DNA of 64,000 bases, from positions 25,124-89,123 of the forward strand of contig JAUCBJ010009087.1 of assembly GCA_032718475.1 (NCBI GenBank), written 5' to 3'. Position 1 is the stretch's first letter. Every line of letters starts with the position of its first letter. This stretch comes from Nemertoderma westbladi. Its lineage: Eukaryota; Animalia; Xenacoelomorpha. Below are positions 35,652-50,200 of the stretch, in pieces. Position numbers and translations under genes: made by a program. A model generated the notes under the pieces. The model was not told where the DNA came from. It ran no database searches and saw only the letters and a program-made list of their open reading frames with translations.

Positions 35652-37952
35652 TCACCCAATTGTTTGATCTGATTGTTTGATCTTATTGTTTGATTCACCC
35701 AATTGTGTTATCTGATTGTTTGATTCACCCAATTGTTTGATCTGATTGTTTGATTCACCCAATTGTTTGATCTGATTGTTTGATTCACCCCATTGTTTGA
35801 TCTGATTGTTTGATTCCACCCCATTGTTTGATCTGATTGTTGGATTCACCCAATTGTTTGATCTGATTATTTGATTCGTCCAATTGTTTGATCATATTGT
35901 TTGATTCACCCAATTTTTGATCTGATTGTTTGATTCCACCCCATTGTTTGATCTGATTATTTGATTCCACCCCATTGTTTGATCTGATTGTTTGATTTGC
36001 CCCATTGTTTGATCTGATTGTTTGATTCCCCCCCATTGTTTGATCTGATTGTTTGATTTACCCCATTGTTTGATTTGATTGTTTGATTCACCCCATTGTT
36101 TGATTTGATTGTTTGATTCACCCCATTGTTTGATCTGATTGTTGGATTCACCCAATTGTTTGATCTGATTATTTGATTCGTCCAATTGTTTGATCATATT
36201 GTTTGATTCACCCAATTTTTGATCTGATTGTTTGATTCCACCCCATTGTTTGATCTGATTGTTTGATTTGCCCCATTGTTTGATCTGATTGTTTGATTCC
36301 CCCCCATTGTTTGATCTGATTGTTTGATTTACCCCATTGTTTGATTTGATTGTTTGATTCACCCCATTGTTTGATTTGATTGTTTGATTCACCCCATTGT
36401 TTGATCTGATTGTTGGATTCACCCAATTGTTTGATCTGATTATTTGATTCGTCCAATTGTTTGATCATATTGTTTGATTCACCCAATTTTTGATCTGATT
36501 GTTTGATTCCACCCCATTGTTTGATCTGATTATTTGATTCCACCCCATTGTTTGATCTGATTGTTTGATTTGCCCCATTGTTTGATCTGATTGTTTGATT
36601 CCCCCCCATTGTTTGATCTGATTGTTTGATTTACCCCATTGTTTGATTTGATTGTTTGATTCACCCCATTGTTTGATTTGATTGTTTGATTCACCCCATT
36701 GTTTGATCTGATTGTTGGATTCACCCAATTGTTTGATCTGATTATTTGATTCGTCCAATTGTTTGATCATATTGTTTGATTCACCCAATTTTTGATCTGA
36801 TTGTTTGATTCCACCCCATTGTTTGATCTGATTATTTGAATCACCCCATTGTTTGATCTGATTGTTTGATTCCCCCCCATTGTTTGATCTGATTGTTTGA
36901 TTTACCCCATTGTTTGATCTGATTGTTTGATTCACCCCATTGTTTGATTTGATTGTTTGATTTACCCCCATTGTTTGATCTGATTGTTTGATTCCACCCC
37001 ATTGTTTGATCAGATTGTTTGATTCACCCAATTGTTTGATCTGATTGTTTGATTCCACCCCATTGTTTGATCAGATTGTTTGATTTACCCCCATTTTTTG
37101 ATCTGATAATGCTACAAAGACCGAATTCATGACCTTTAATGTTGATGGAAACTTGACAACCATTGATAATAATCAACTAAGGAAGGTCGATGACTTCCAG
37201 TACCTTGGATCATGGATAGAGAGTAGCAAAAAGGACATAGAAGTTAGGAAAGCAAAGGCTTGGGTAGCTCTATCAAAAATGGATACCATCTGGAAATCAG
37301 ATCTCTCCAGGCACCTGAAGACTAAGTTCTTTCGAGCCACAGTGGAAAGTGTATTTTTATACGGGGGTGAGACCTGGACACTGACTAAATCACTTGAACA
37401 ACGAATTGATGGTTGCTACACAAGACTAGTAAGGGCAGCCCTAAACATCAGCTGGAGACAACACATGACAAACGCCGAGCTTTATGGTACAATACCACCT
37501 GTATCAACCCCCCTCCGTGAACGCAGATTAAGATTCAGTGGGCACTACTGCTGGCGAAGTAAAGACGAGGTCATACCAGATCTACTTCTCTGGCAACCAA
37601 CTCATGGAAAGCGTAGTCGTGGACGACCGGCCATAACATATATAGATCAACTTGAAAGGGATACTGAACTTGGGAGAAACGAAATTGTGACAACTATGGA
37701 GAATCGGGAAGCCTGGAAGGATCTCATTTCCACTGTCCGAGTTCGCTCGACCTAGTAGTAGTAGTTTGATCTGATTGTTTGATTCCACCCCATTGTTTGA
37801 TCTGATTGATTGATTCACCCCATTGTTTGATCTGATTGTTTTATTCCCCCCATTGTTTGATCAGATTGTTTGATTCACCCAATTGTTTGATCTGATTGTT
37901 TGATTCCACCCCATTGTTTGATCAGATTGTTTGATTCACGCCATTGTTTGAT
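35652..37952. repeat. 30/31-bp minisatellite (ttcaccccattgtttgatctgattgtttga) with higher-order blocks, interrupted by an RTE fragment
   Basis: Direct observation; a marker block recurs at about 35840, 36142, 36413 and 36715. Confidence 0.97.
37108..37764 (+). mobile_element. 5'-truncated RTE-clade LINE 3' end with (TAG)n tail and 11-bp target-site duplication
   Basis: ORF 37129-37755 contains DFQYLGSWI, FFRATVESVFLYGGETWTL, RRLRFSGH and RGRP. It ends in tagtagtagtag. tttgatctgat flanks both sides (37097-37107 and 37765-37775). Confidence 0.93.
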
Positions 37953-38064
37953 ATTTTGGTCTTGTACCGTTGTCCTCTGGCTAGTAAATTATTAACAGAA
38001 TGGTGCGCATTTGGAAATAATGCAGCCTGAAATTTTATTAATTCATCATCGGCTAATTGTGTCA

Positions 38065-40360
38065 CCGTTAGCCTATGTTACGGTTCATTATGTAACCGTT
38101 AGCCTATGTTACGGTTCATTGTGTAACCGTTAGCCTATGTTACGGTTCATTATGTAACCGTTAGCCTATGTTACGGTTCATTATGTACCCGTTAGCCTAT
38201 GTTACGGTTCATTATGTAACCGTTAGCCTATGTTACGGTTCATTGTGTAACCGTTACCATATGTTACGGTTCATTGTGTAACCGTTAGCATATGTTACGG
38301 TTCATTATGTAACCGTTACCATATGTTACGGTTCATTATGTAACCGTTACCATATGTTACGGTTCATTATGTACCCGTTAGCCTATGTTACGGTTCATTA
38401 TGTAACCGTTAGCCTATGTTACGGTTCATTGTGTAACCGTTACCATATGTTACGGTTCATTGTGTAACCGTTAGCCTATGTTACGGTTCATTATGTAACC
38501 GTTACCATATGTTACGGTTCATTATGTAACCGTTACCATATGTTACGGTTCATTATGTACCCGTTAGCCTATGTTACGGTTCATTATGTAACCGTTAGCC
38601 TATGTTACGGTTCATTGTGTAACCGTTAGCCTATGTTACGGTTCATTGTGTAACCGTTACCATATGTTACGGTTCATTATGTAACCGTTACCATATGTTA
38701 CGGTTCATTATGTAACCGTTACCATATGTTACGGTTCATTGTGTAACCGTTAGCCTATGTTACGGTTCATTATGTAACCGTTACCATATGTTACGGTTCA
38801 TTGTGTAACCGTTAGCCTATGTTACGGTTCATTGTGTAACCGTTAGCCTATGTTACGGTTCATTGTGTAACCGTTACCATATGTTACGGTTCATTGTGTA
38901 ACCGTTAGCCTATGTTACGGTTCATTGTGTAACCGTTAGCCTATGTTACGGTTCATTGTGTAACCGTTACCATATGTTACGGTTCATTGTGTAACCGTTA
39001 GCCTATGTTACGGTTCATTATGTAACCGTTACCATATGTTACGGTTCATTATGTAACCGTTACCATATGTTACGGTTCATTATGTAACCGTTACCATATG
39101 TTACGGTTCATTATGTACCCGTTGCCTATGTTACGGTTCATTATGTAACCGTTAGCCTATGTTACGGTTCATTATGTAACCGTTAGCCTATGTTACGGTT
39201 CATTATGTAACCGTTACCATATGTTACGGTTCATTATGTAACCGTTACCATATGTTACGGTTCATTATGTAACCGTTACCATATGTTACGGTTCATTATG
39301 TAACCGTTACCATATGTTACGGTTCATTATGTAACCGTTACCATATGTTACGGTTCATTATGTAACCGTTAGCCTATGTTACGGTTCATTATGTAACCGT
39401 TACCATATGTTACGGTTCATTATGTAACCGTTACCATATGTTACGGTTCATTATGTAACCGTTACCATATGTTACGGTTCATTATGTAACCGCTAGCCTA
39501 TGTTACGGTTCATTATGTAACCGTTACCATATGTTACGGTTCATTATGTAACCGTTACCATATGTTACGGTTCATAATGTACCCGTTAGCCTATGTTACG
39601 GTTCATTATGTAACCGTTAGCCTATGTTACGGTTCATTATGTACCCGTTAGCCTATGTTACGGTTCATTATGTAAACGTTAACCTATGTTACGGTTCATT
39701 ATGTAACCGTTAGCCTATGTTACGGTTCATTATGTAACCGTTACCATATGTTACGGTTCATTATGTAACCGCTAGCCTATGTTACGGTTCATTATGTAAC
39801 CGTTACCATATGTTACGGTTCATTATGTAACCGTTACCATATGTTACGGTTCATTATGTAACCGCTAGCCTATGTTACGGTTCATTATGTAACCGTTACC
39901 ATATGTTACGGTTCATTATGTAACCGTTACCATATGTTACGGTTCATAATGTACCCGTTAGCCTATGTTACGGTTCATTATGTAACCGTTAGCCTATGTT
40001 ACGGTTCATTATGTACCCGTTAGCCTATGTTACGGTTCATTATGTAACCGTTAGCCTATGTTACGGTTCATTATGTAACCGTTAGCCTATGTTACGGTTC
40101 ATTATGTAACCGTTAGCCTATGTTACGGTTCATTATGTACCCGTTAGCCTATGTTACGGTTCATTATGTACCCGTTAGCCTATGTTACGGTTCATTATGT
40201 AACCGTTAGCCTATGTTACGGTTCATTATGTAACCGTTAGCCTATGTTACGGTTCATTATGTACCCGTTAGCCTATGTTACGTTTCATTGTGTAACCGTT
40301 AGCATATGTTACGGTTCATTATGTAACCGTTAGCCTATGTTACGGTTCATTATATAACCG
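38065..40360. repeat. 31-bp satellite (taaccgttagcctatgttacggttcattatg) with internal inverted repeat aaccgt/acggtt
   Basis: About 74 tandem units in two main variants (tagcct / taccat). Confidence 0.99.
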
Positions 40361-40405
40361 GTAACTATGGTAACCGTTTATACTTTGACTAATTGTTTAT
40401 TGAAG

Positions 40406-40592
40406 GTTTGGAATTTAATTGGGAGAAGCTCGGCGCCATCACTGTCGCAGATAATTCCGGTAACATAGAAAACGGAGTTCTAAATAAACAACGAATATAT
40501 GAAATCGCAAAGTTGGTAGATTTAGCGCAAGCTAATAATAATTTACCGCGTCCTGTGCAAATCAGTTTATACAACTTTATTCGGAAAAACAA
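40406..40592 (+). CDS. Putative internal coding exon of an unknown gene
   Basis: Branch-like tgactaat plus tgaag acceptor ending at 40405; open frame GLEFNWEKLG...FIRKN; canonical donor aa|gtaagt at 40593. Confidence 0.5.
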
Positions 40593-40854
40593 GTAAGTGT
40601 ATCAACTACCGTCACGCAATAAAAACCCGAACTGTTTAATTTAAAATAAAAAATTAAAATTATTTAATTAATTAATTTAAAAGTAAAAGCCCTATTCAGT
40701 ACATTAATTAACTAAATTATTATTTATATCAGGTTTTAAAATATCCATTTAGCATTTTTATAAATTTCCCGAGCATTCCTCTCCATATTTACTAACAGTT
40801 CCACAATCTCATCTAACTGCAGTATAACCTGTTTTATAACCTGTTTCCATGAAG

Positions 40855-41089
40855 GATGGATGCCCTTCTAGACAGCCCCTCTGGGGTGGCTGCTCTAGCG
40901 GCTATGGTTGAGTCTGTTTCGGGTACCACAGCCGACCATCTGTCCACGAGATTCTTGGCTGTTCTTAGCGAATATATTGGAAACGCTAACGCGGTTGCCG
41001 TGATTGACAACGGATTCGATTCTATTATAGATGTACTTTCGGAAAATATCAGTGAGTATGAGTTATCAGTAATAGAGTTTATAGGATAA
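40855..41089 (+). CDS. Putative downstream (terminal) exon of the same unknown gene, or a pseudogene
   Basis: tgaag acceptor ending at 40854. Splicing from 40592 rebuilds AAG(K) in frame with MDALLDSPSG...IEFIG*. Confidence 0.45.
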
Positions 41090-41250
41090 CCTCTTAATCA
41101 AATGATTCAAGCAGTATGCTTTGCTTACACCACTTAAGGCCTTGCTCCATTATATTAACTCTCTTGAAAAAACGCAAAAAAATGGGGAATTAGATGATAT
41201 AAATTAATGTTTACTACGGTAACGGTACGGCAAAAATGTTTTCGGTTAAA

Positions 41251-44200
41251 AATTTACCCAACTATAGTTGGTGAATCATCGTAACCGGAGTATAAAGTTT
41301 CATTAATTTACCCAACTATAGTTGGTGAATCATCGTAACCGGCGTATAAAGTGTCATTAATTTACCCAACTATAGTTGGTGAATCACCGTAACCGGCGTA
41401 TAAAGTGTCATTAATTTACCCAACTATAGTTGGTGAATCACCGTAACCGGAGTATAAAGTGTCATTAATTTACCCAACTATAGTTGGTGAATCACCGTAA
41501 CCGGAGTATAAAGTGTCATTAATTTACCCAACTATAGTTGGTGAATCATCGTAACCGGCGTATAAAGTGTCATTAATTTACCCAACTATAGTTGGTGAAT
41601 CACCGTAACCGGAGTATAAAGTGTCATTAATTTACCCAACTATAGTTGGTGAATCATCGTAACCGGCGTATAAAGTGTCATTAATTTACCCAACTATAGT
41701 TGGTGAATCACCGTAACCGGAGTATAAAGTGTCATTAATTTACCCAACTATAGTTGGTGAATCACCGTAACCGGAGTATAAAGTGTCATTAATTTACCCA
41801 ACTATAGTTGGTGAATCATCGTAACCGGCGTATAAAGTGTCATTAATTTACCCAACTATAGTTGGTGAATCACCGTAACCGGCGTATAAAGTGTCATTAA
41901 TTTACCCAACTATAGTTGGTGAATCATGGTAACCGGCGTATAAAGTGTCATTAATTTACCCAACTATAGTTGGTGAATCATCGTAACCGGCGTATAAAGT
42001 GTCATTAATTTACCCAACTATAGTTGGTGAATCACCGTAACCGGCGTATAAAGTGTCATTAATTTACCCAACTATAGTTGGTGAATCACCGTAACCGGAG
42101 TATAAAGTGTCATTAATTTACCCAACTATAGTTGGTGAATCACCGTAACCGGCGTATAAAGTGTCATTAATTTACCCAACTATAGTTGGTGAATCACCGT
42201 AACCGGCGTATAAAGTGTCATTAATTTACCCAACTATAGTTGGTGAATCACCGTAACCGGCGTATAAAGTGTCATTAATTTACCCAACTATAGTTGGTGA
42301 ATCACCGTAACCGGCGTATAAAGTGTCATTAATCTACCCAACTATAGTTGGTGAATCACCGTAACCGGCGTATAAAGTGTCATTAATTTACCCAACTATA
42401 GTTGGTGAATCACCGTAACCGGCGTATAAAGTGTCATTAATTTACCCAACTATAGTTGGTGAATCACCGTAACCGGCGTATAAAGTGTCATTAATTTACC
42501 CAACTATAGTTGGTGAATCACCGTAACCGGCGTATAAAGTGTCATTAATTTACCCAACTATAGTTGGTGAATCACCGTAACCGGCGTATAAAGTGTCATT
42601 AATTTACCCAACTATAGTTGGTGAATCACCGTAACCGGCGTATAAAGTGTCATTAATTTACCCAACTATAGTTGGTGAATCACCGTAACCGGCGTATAAA
42701 GTGTCATTAATTTACCCAACTATAGTTGGTGAATCATCGTAACCGGCGTATAAAGTGTCATTAATTTACCCAACTATAGTTGGTGAATCACCGTAACCGG
42801 CGTATAAAGTGTCATTAATTTACCCAACTATAGTTGGTGAATCACCGTAACCGGAGTATAAAGTGTCATTAATTTACCCAACTATAGTTGGTGAATCATC
42901 GTAACCGGCGTATAAAGTGTCATTAATTTACCCAACTATAGTTGGTGAATCACCGTAACCGGAGTATAAAGTGTCATTAATTTACCCAACTATAGTTGGT
43001 GAATCACCGTAACCAGCGTATAAAGTGTCATTAATTTACCCAACTATAGTTGGTGAATCATCGTAACCGGCGTATAAAGTGTCATTAATTTACCCAACTA
43101 TAGTTGGTGAATCTTCGTAACCGGAGTATAAAGTGTCATTAATTTACACAACTATAGTTGGTGAATCATCGTAACCGGCGTATAAAGTGTCATTAATTTA
43201 CCCAACTATAGTTGGTGAATCATCGTAACCGGCGTATAAAGTGTCATTAATTTACCCAACTATAGTTGGTGAATCATCGTAACCGGGGTATAAAGTGTCA
43301 TTAATTTACCCAACTATAGTTGGTGAATCATGGTAACCGGCGTATAAAGTGTCATTAATTTACCCAACTATAGTTGGTGAATCATCGTAACCGGCGTATA
43401 AAGTGTCATTAATTTACCCAACTATAGTTGGTGAATCACTGTAACCGGCGTATAAAGTGTCATTAATTTACCCAACTATAGTTGGTGAATCATGGTAAAC
43501 GGCGTATAAAGTGTCATTAATTTACCCAACTATAGTTGGTGAATCACCGTAACCGGCGTATAAAGTGTCATTAATTTACCCAACTATAGTTGGTGAATCA
43601 TCGTAACCGGCGTATAAAGTGTCATTAATTTACCCAACTATAGTTGGTGAATCACCGTAACCGGCGTATAAAGTGTCATTAATTTACCCAACTATAGTTG
43701 GTGAATCATCGTAACCGGCGTATAAAGTGTCATTAATTTACCCAACTATAGTTGGTGAATCATGGTAAACGGCGTATAAAGTGTCATTAATTTACCCAAC
43801 TATAGTTGGTGAATCATCGTAACCGGCGTATAAAGTGTCATTAATTTACCCAACTATAGTTGGTGAATCACTGTAACCGGCGTATAAAGTGTCATTAATT
43901 TACCCAACTATAGTTGGTGAATCATGGTAAACGGCGTATAAAGTGTCATTAATTTACCCAACTATAGTTGGTGAATCACCGTAACCGGCGTATAAAGTGT
44001 CATTAATTTACCCAACTATAGTTGGTGAATCATCGTAACCGGCGTATAAAGTGTCATTAATTTACCCAACTATAGTTGGTGAATCACTGTAACCGGCGTA
44101 TAAAGTGTCATTAATTTACCCAACTATAGTTGGTGAATCATGGTAAACGGCGTATAAAGTGTCATTAATTTACCCAACTATAGTTGGTGAATCACCGTAA

Positions 44201-47200
44201 CCGGCGTATAAAGTGTCATTAATTTACCCAACTATAGTTGGTGAATCATGGTAAACGGCGTATAAAGTGTCATTAATTTACCCAACTATAGTTGGTGAAT
44301 CACCGTAACCGGCGTATAAAGTGTCATTAATTTACCCAACTATAGTTGGTGAATCATCGTAACCGGCGTTTAAAGTGTCATTAATTTACCCAACTATAGT
44401 TGGTGAATCACTGTAACCGGCGTATAAAGTGTCATTAATTTACCCAACTATAGTTGGTGAATCATGGTAAACGGCGTATAAAGTGTCATTAATTTACACA
44501 ACTATAGTTGGTGAATCACCGTAACCGGCGTATAAAGTGTCATTAATTTACCCAACTATAGTTGGTGAATCATCGTAACCGGCGTATAAAGTGTCATTAA
44601 TTTACCCAACTATAGTTGGTGAATCACCGTAACCAGCGTATAAAGTGTCATTAATTTACCCAACTATAGTTGGTGAATCATCGTAACCGGCGTATAAAGT
44701 GTCATTAATTTACCCAACTATAGTTGGTGAATCTTCGTAACCGGAGTATAAAGTGTCATTAATTTACACAACTATAGTTGGTGAATCATCGTAACCGGCG
44801 TATAAAGTGTCATTAATTTACCCAACTATAGTTGGTGAATCATCGTAACCGGCGTATAAAGTGTCATTAATTTACCCAACTATAGTTGGTGAATCATCGT
44901 AACCGGGGTATAAAGTGTCATTAATTTACCCAACTATAGTTGGTGAATCATGGTAACCGGCGTATAAAGTGTCATTAATTTACCCAACTATAGTTGGTGA
45001 ATCATCGTAACCGGCGTATAAAGTGTCATTAATTTACCCAACTATAGTTGGTGAATCATCGTAACCGGCGTATAAAGTGTCATTAATTTACCCAACTATA
45101 GTTGGTGAATCATCGTAACCGGGGTATAAAGTGTCATTAATTTACCCAACTATAGTTGGTGAATCATCGTAACCGGCGTATAAAGTGTCATTAATTTACC
45201 CAACTATAGTTGGTGAATCATCGTAACCGGGGTATAAAGTGTCATTAATTTACCCAACTATAGTTGGTGAATCATGGTAACCGGCGTATAAAGTGTCATT
45301 AATTTACCCAACTATAGTTGGTGAATCATCGTAACCGGCGTATAAAGTGTCATTAATTTACCCAACTATAGTTGGTGAATCACTGTAACCGGCGTATAAA
45401 GTGTCATTAATTTACCCAACTATAGTTGGTGAATCATGGTAAACGGCGTATAAAGTGTCATTAATTTACCCAACTATAGTTGGTGAATCACCGTAACCGG
45501 CGTATAAAGTGTCATTAATTTACCCAACTATAGTTGGTGAATCATCGTAACCGGCGTATAAAGTGTCATTAATTTACCCAACTATAGTTGGTGAATCACC
45601 GTAACCGGCGTATAAAGTGTCATTAATTTACCCAACTATAGTTGGTGAATCATGGTAACCGGCGTATAAAGTGTCATTAATTTACCCAACTATAGTTGGT
45701 GAATCAGCGTAACCGGCGTATAAAGTGTCATTAACTTACCCAACTATAGTTGGTGAATCATTGTAACCGGCGTATAAAGTGTCATTAATTTACCCAACTA
45801 TAGTTGGTGAATCATGGTAAACGGCGTATAAAGTGTCATTAATTTACCCAACTATAGTTGGTGAATCACCATAACCGGCGTATAAAGTGTCATTAATTTA
45901 CCCAACTATAGTTGGTGAATCATCGTAACCGGCGTATAAAGTGTCATTAATTTACCCAACTATAGTTGGTGAATCACCGTAACCGGCGTATAAAGTGTCA
46001 TTAATTTACCCAACTATAGTTGGTGAATCACCGTAACCGGCGTATAAAGTGTCATTAATTTACCCAACTATAGTTGGTGAATCATGGTAAACTGCGTATA
46101 AAGTGTCATTAATTTACCCAACTATAGTTGGTGAATCACCGTAACCGGCGTATAAAGTGTCATTAATTTACCCAACTATAGTTGGTGAATCATCGTAACC
46201 GGCGTATAAAGTGTCATTAATTTACCCAACTATAGTTGGTGAATCACCGTAACCGGCGTATAAAGTGTCATTAATTTACCCAACTATAGTTGGTGAATCA
46301 TGGTAACCGGCGTATAAAGTGTCATTAATTTACCCAACTATAGATGGTGAATCACCGTAACCGGCGTATAAAGTGTCATTAATTTACCCAACTATAGTTG
46401 GTGAATCATCGTAACCGGCGTATAAAGTGTCATTAATTTACCCAACTATAGTTGGTGAATCACCGTAACCGGCGTATAAAGTGTCATTAATTTACCCAAC
46501 TATAGTTGGTGAATCATCGTAACCGGCGTATAAAGTGTCATTAATTTACACAAATATAGTTGTTGAATCACCGTAACCGGCGTATAAAGTGTCATTAATT
46601 TACCCAACTATAGTTGGTGAATCACCGTAACCGGCGTATAAAGTGTCATTAATTTACCCAACTATAGTTAGTGAATCACCGTAACTGGCGTATAAAGTGT
46701 CATTAATTTACACAACTATAGTTGGTGAATCACCGTAACCGGCGTATAAAGTGTCATTAATTTACCCAACTATAGTTGGTGAATCACCGTAACCGGCGTA
46801 TAAAGTGTCCTTAATTTACCCAACTATAGTTGGTGAATCATCGTAACCGGCGTATAAAGTGTCATTAATTTACACAAATATAGTTGGTGAATCATCGTAA
46901 CCGGCGTATAAAGTGTCATTAATTTACCCAACTATAGTTGGTGAATCATCGTAACCGGCGTATAAAGTGTCATTAATTTACCCAACTATAGTTGGTGAAT
47001 CATCGTAACCGGGGTATAAAGTGTCATTAATTTACCCAACTATAGTTGGTGAATCATGGTAACCGGCGTATAAAGTGTCATTAATTTACCCAACTATAGT
47101 TGGTGAATCATGGTAACCGGCGTATAAAGTGTCATTAATTTACCCAACTATAGTTGGTGAATCATCGTAACCGGCGTATAAAGTGTCATTAATTTACCCA

Positions 47201-50200
47201 ACTATAGTTGGTGAATCATCGTAACCGGGGTATAAAGTGTCATTAATTTACCCAACTATAGTTGGTGAATCATGGTAACCGGCGTATAAAGTGTCATTAA
47301 TTTACCCAACTATAGTTGGTGAATCATGGTAACCGGGGTATAAAGTGTCATTAATTTACCCAACTATAGTTGGTGAATCATCGTAACTGGCGTATAAAGT
47401 GTCATTAATTTACCATTAATTTACATTAATTTGGGTAACCGGCGTATAAAGAGTCATTAATTTACACAACTATAGTTGGTGAATCATCGTAACCGGCGTA
47501 TAAAGTGTCATTAATTTACCCAACTATAGTTGGTGAATCACCGTAACCGGCGTATAAAGTGTCATTAATTTACCCAACTATAGTTGGTGAATCATCGTAA
47601 CCGGCGTATAAAGTGTCATTAATTTACCCAACTATAGTTGGTGAATCATCGTAACCGGCGTATAAAGTGTCATTAATTTACCCAACTATAGTTGGTGAAT
47701 CACCGTAACCGGCGTATAAAGTGTCATTAATTTACACAAATATAGTTGTTGAATCACCGTAACCGGCGTATAAAGTGTCATTAATTCACCCAACTATAGT
47801 TGGTGAATCACCGTAACCGGCGTATAAAGTGTCATTAATTTACCCAACTATAGTTGGTGAATCACCGTAACCGGCGTATAAAGTGTCATTAATTTACACA
47901 AATATAGTTGTTGAATCACCGTAACCGGCGTATAAAGTGTCATTAATTTACCCAACTATAGTTGGTGAATCACCGTAACCGGCGTATAAAGTGTCATTAA
48001 TTTACCCAACTATAGTTAGTGAATCACCGTAACCGGCGTATAAAGTGTCATTAATTTACACAAATATAGTTGTTGAATCACCGTAACCGGCGTATAAAGT
48101 GTCATTAATTTACACAAATATAGTTGTTGAATCACCGTAACCGGCGTATAAAGTGTAATTAATTTACCCAACTATAGTTGGTGAATCACCGTAACCGGCG
48201 TATAAAGTGTCATTAATTTACACAAATATAGTTGTTGAATCACCGTAACCGGCGTATAAAGTGTCATTAATTTACCCAACTATAGTTGGTGAATCACCGT
48301 AACCGGCGTATAAAGTGTCATTAATTTACCCAACTATAGTTAGTGAATCACCGTAACCGGCGTATAAAGTGTCATTAATTTACACAAATATAGTTGTTGA
48401 ATCACCGTAACCGGCGTATAAAGTGTCATTAATTTACCCAACTATAGTTGGTGAATCACCGTAACCGGCGTATAAAGTGTCATTAATTTACCCAACTATA
48501 GTTAGTGAATCACCGTAACCGGCGTATAAAGTGTCATTAATTTACACAAATATAGTTGTTGAATCACCGTAACCGGTGTATAAAGTGTCATTAATTTACA
48601 CAAATATAGTTGTTGAATCACCGTAACCGGCGTATAAAGTGTCATTAATTTACCCAACTATAGTTGGTGAATCACCGTAACCGGCGTATAAAGTGTCATT
48701 AATTTACCCAACTATAGTTAGTGAATCACCGTAACCGGCGTATAAAGTGTCATTAATTTACACAAATATAGTTGTTGAATCACCGTAACCGGCGTATAAA
48801 GTGTCATTAATTTACACAAATATAGTTGTTGAATCACCGTAACCGGCGTATAAAGTGTCATTAATTTACCCAACTATAGTTGGTGAATCACCGTAACCGG
48901 CGTATAAAGTGTCATTAATTTACACAAATATAGTTGTTGAATCACCGTAACCGGCGTATAAAGTGTCATTAATTTACCCAACTATAGTTGGTGAATCACC
49001 ATAACCGGCGTATAAAGTGTCATTAATTTACCCAACTATAGTTAGTGAATCACCGTAACCGGCGTATAAAGTGTCATTAATTTACACAAATATAGTTGTT
49101 GAATCACCGTAACCGGCGTATAAAGTGTCATTAATTTACACAAATATAGTTGTTGAATCACCGTAACCGGCGTATAAAGTGTCATTAATTTACCCAACTA
49201 TAGTTGGTGAATCACCGTAACCGGCGTATAAAGTGTCATTAATTTACACAAATATAGTTGTTGAATCACCGTAACCGGCGTATAAAGTGTCATTAATTTA
49301 CCCAACTATAGTTGGTGAATCACCGTAACCGGCGTATAAAGTGTCATTAATTTACCCAACTATAGTTGGTGAATCACCGTAACCGGCGTATAAAGTGTCA
49401 TTAATTTACACAAATATAGTTGTTGAATCACCGTAACCGGCGTATAAAGTGTCATTAATTTACCCAACTATAGTTGGTGAATCACCGTAACCGGCGTATA
49501 AAGTGTCATTAATTTACCCAACTATAGTTGGTGAATCACCGTAACCGGCGTATAAAGTGTCATTAATTTACACAAATATAGTTGTTGAATCACCGTAACC
49601 GGCGTATAAAGTGTCATTAATTTACCCAACTATAGTTGGTGAATCACCGTAACCGGCGTATAAAGTGTCATTAATTTACCCAACTATAGTTAGTGAATCA
49701 CCGTAACCGGCGTATAAAGTGTCATTAATTTACACAACTATAGTTGGTGAATCACCGTAACCGGCGTATAAAGTGTCATTAATTTACCCAACTATAGTTG
49801 GTGAATCACCGTAACCGGCGTATAAAGTGTCATTAATTTACCCAACTATAGTTGGTGAATCATCGTAACCGGCGTATAAAGTGTCATTAATTTACACAAA
49901 TATAGTTGGTGAATCTTCGTAACCGGCATATAAAGTGTCATTAATTTACCCAACTATTTTTGGTGAATCACCGTAACCGGCGTATAAAGTGTCATTAATT
50001 TACCCAACTATAGTTGGTGAATCATCGTAACCGTCGTATAAAGTGTCATTAATTTACCCAACTATAGTTGGTGAATCACCGTAACCGGCGTATAAAGTGT
50101 CATTAATTTACCCAACTATAGTTGGTGAATCATCGTAACCGGCGTATAAAGTGTCATTAATTTACCCAACTATAGTTGGTGAATCACCGTAACCGGAGTA

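Noticed and set aside
31615-37058. Repetitive ORFs in the 13-bp and 30/31-bp repeats
   Set aside because: Translations of tandem repeats with no coding evidence.
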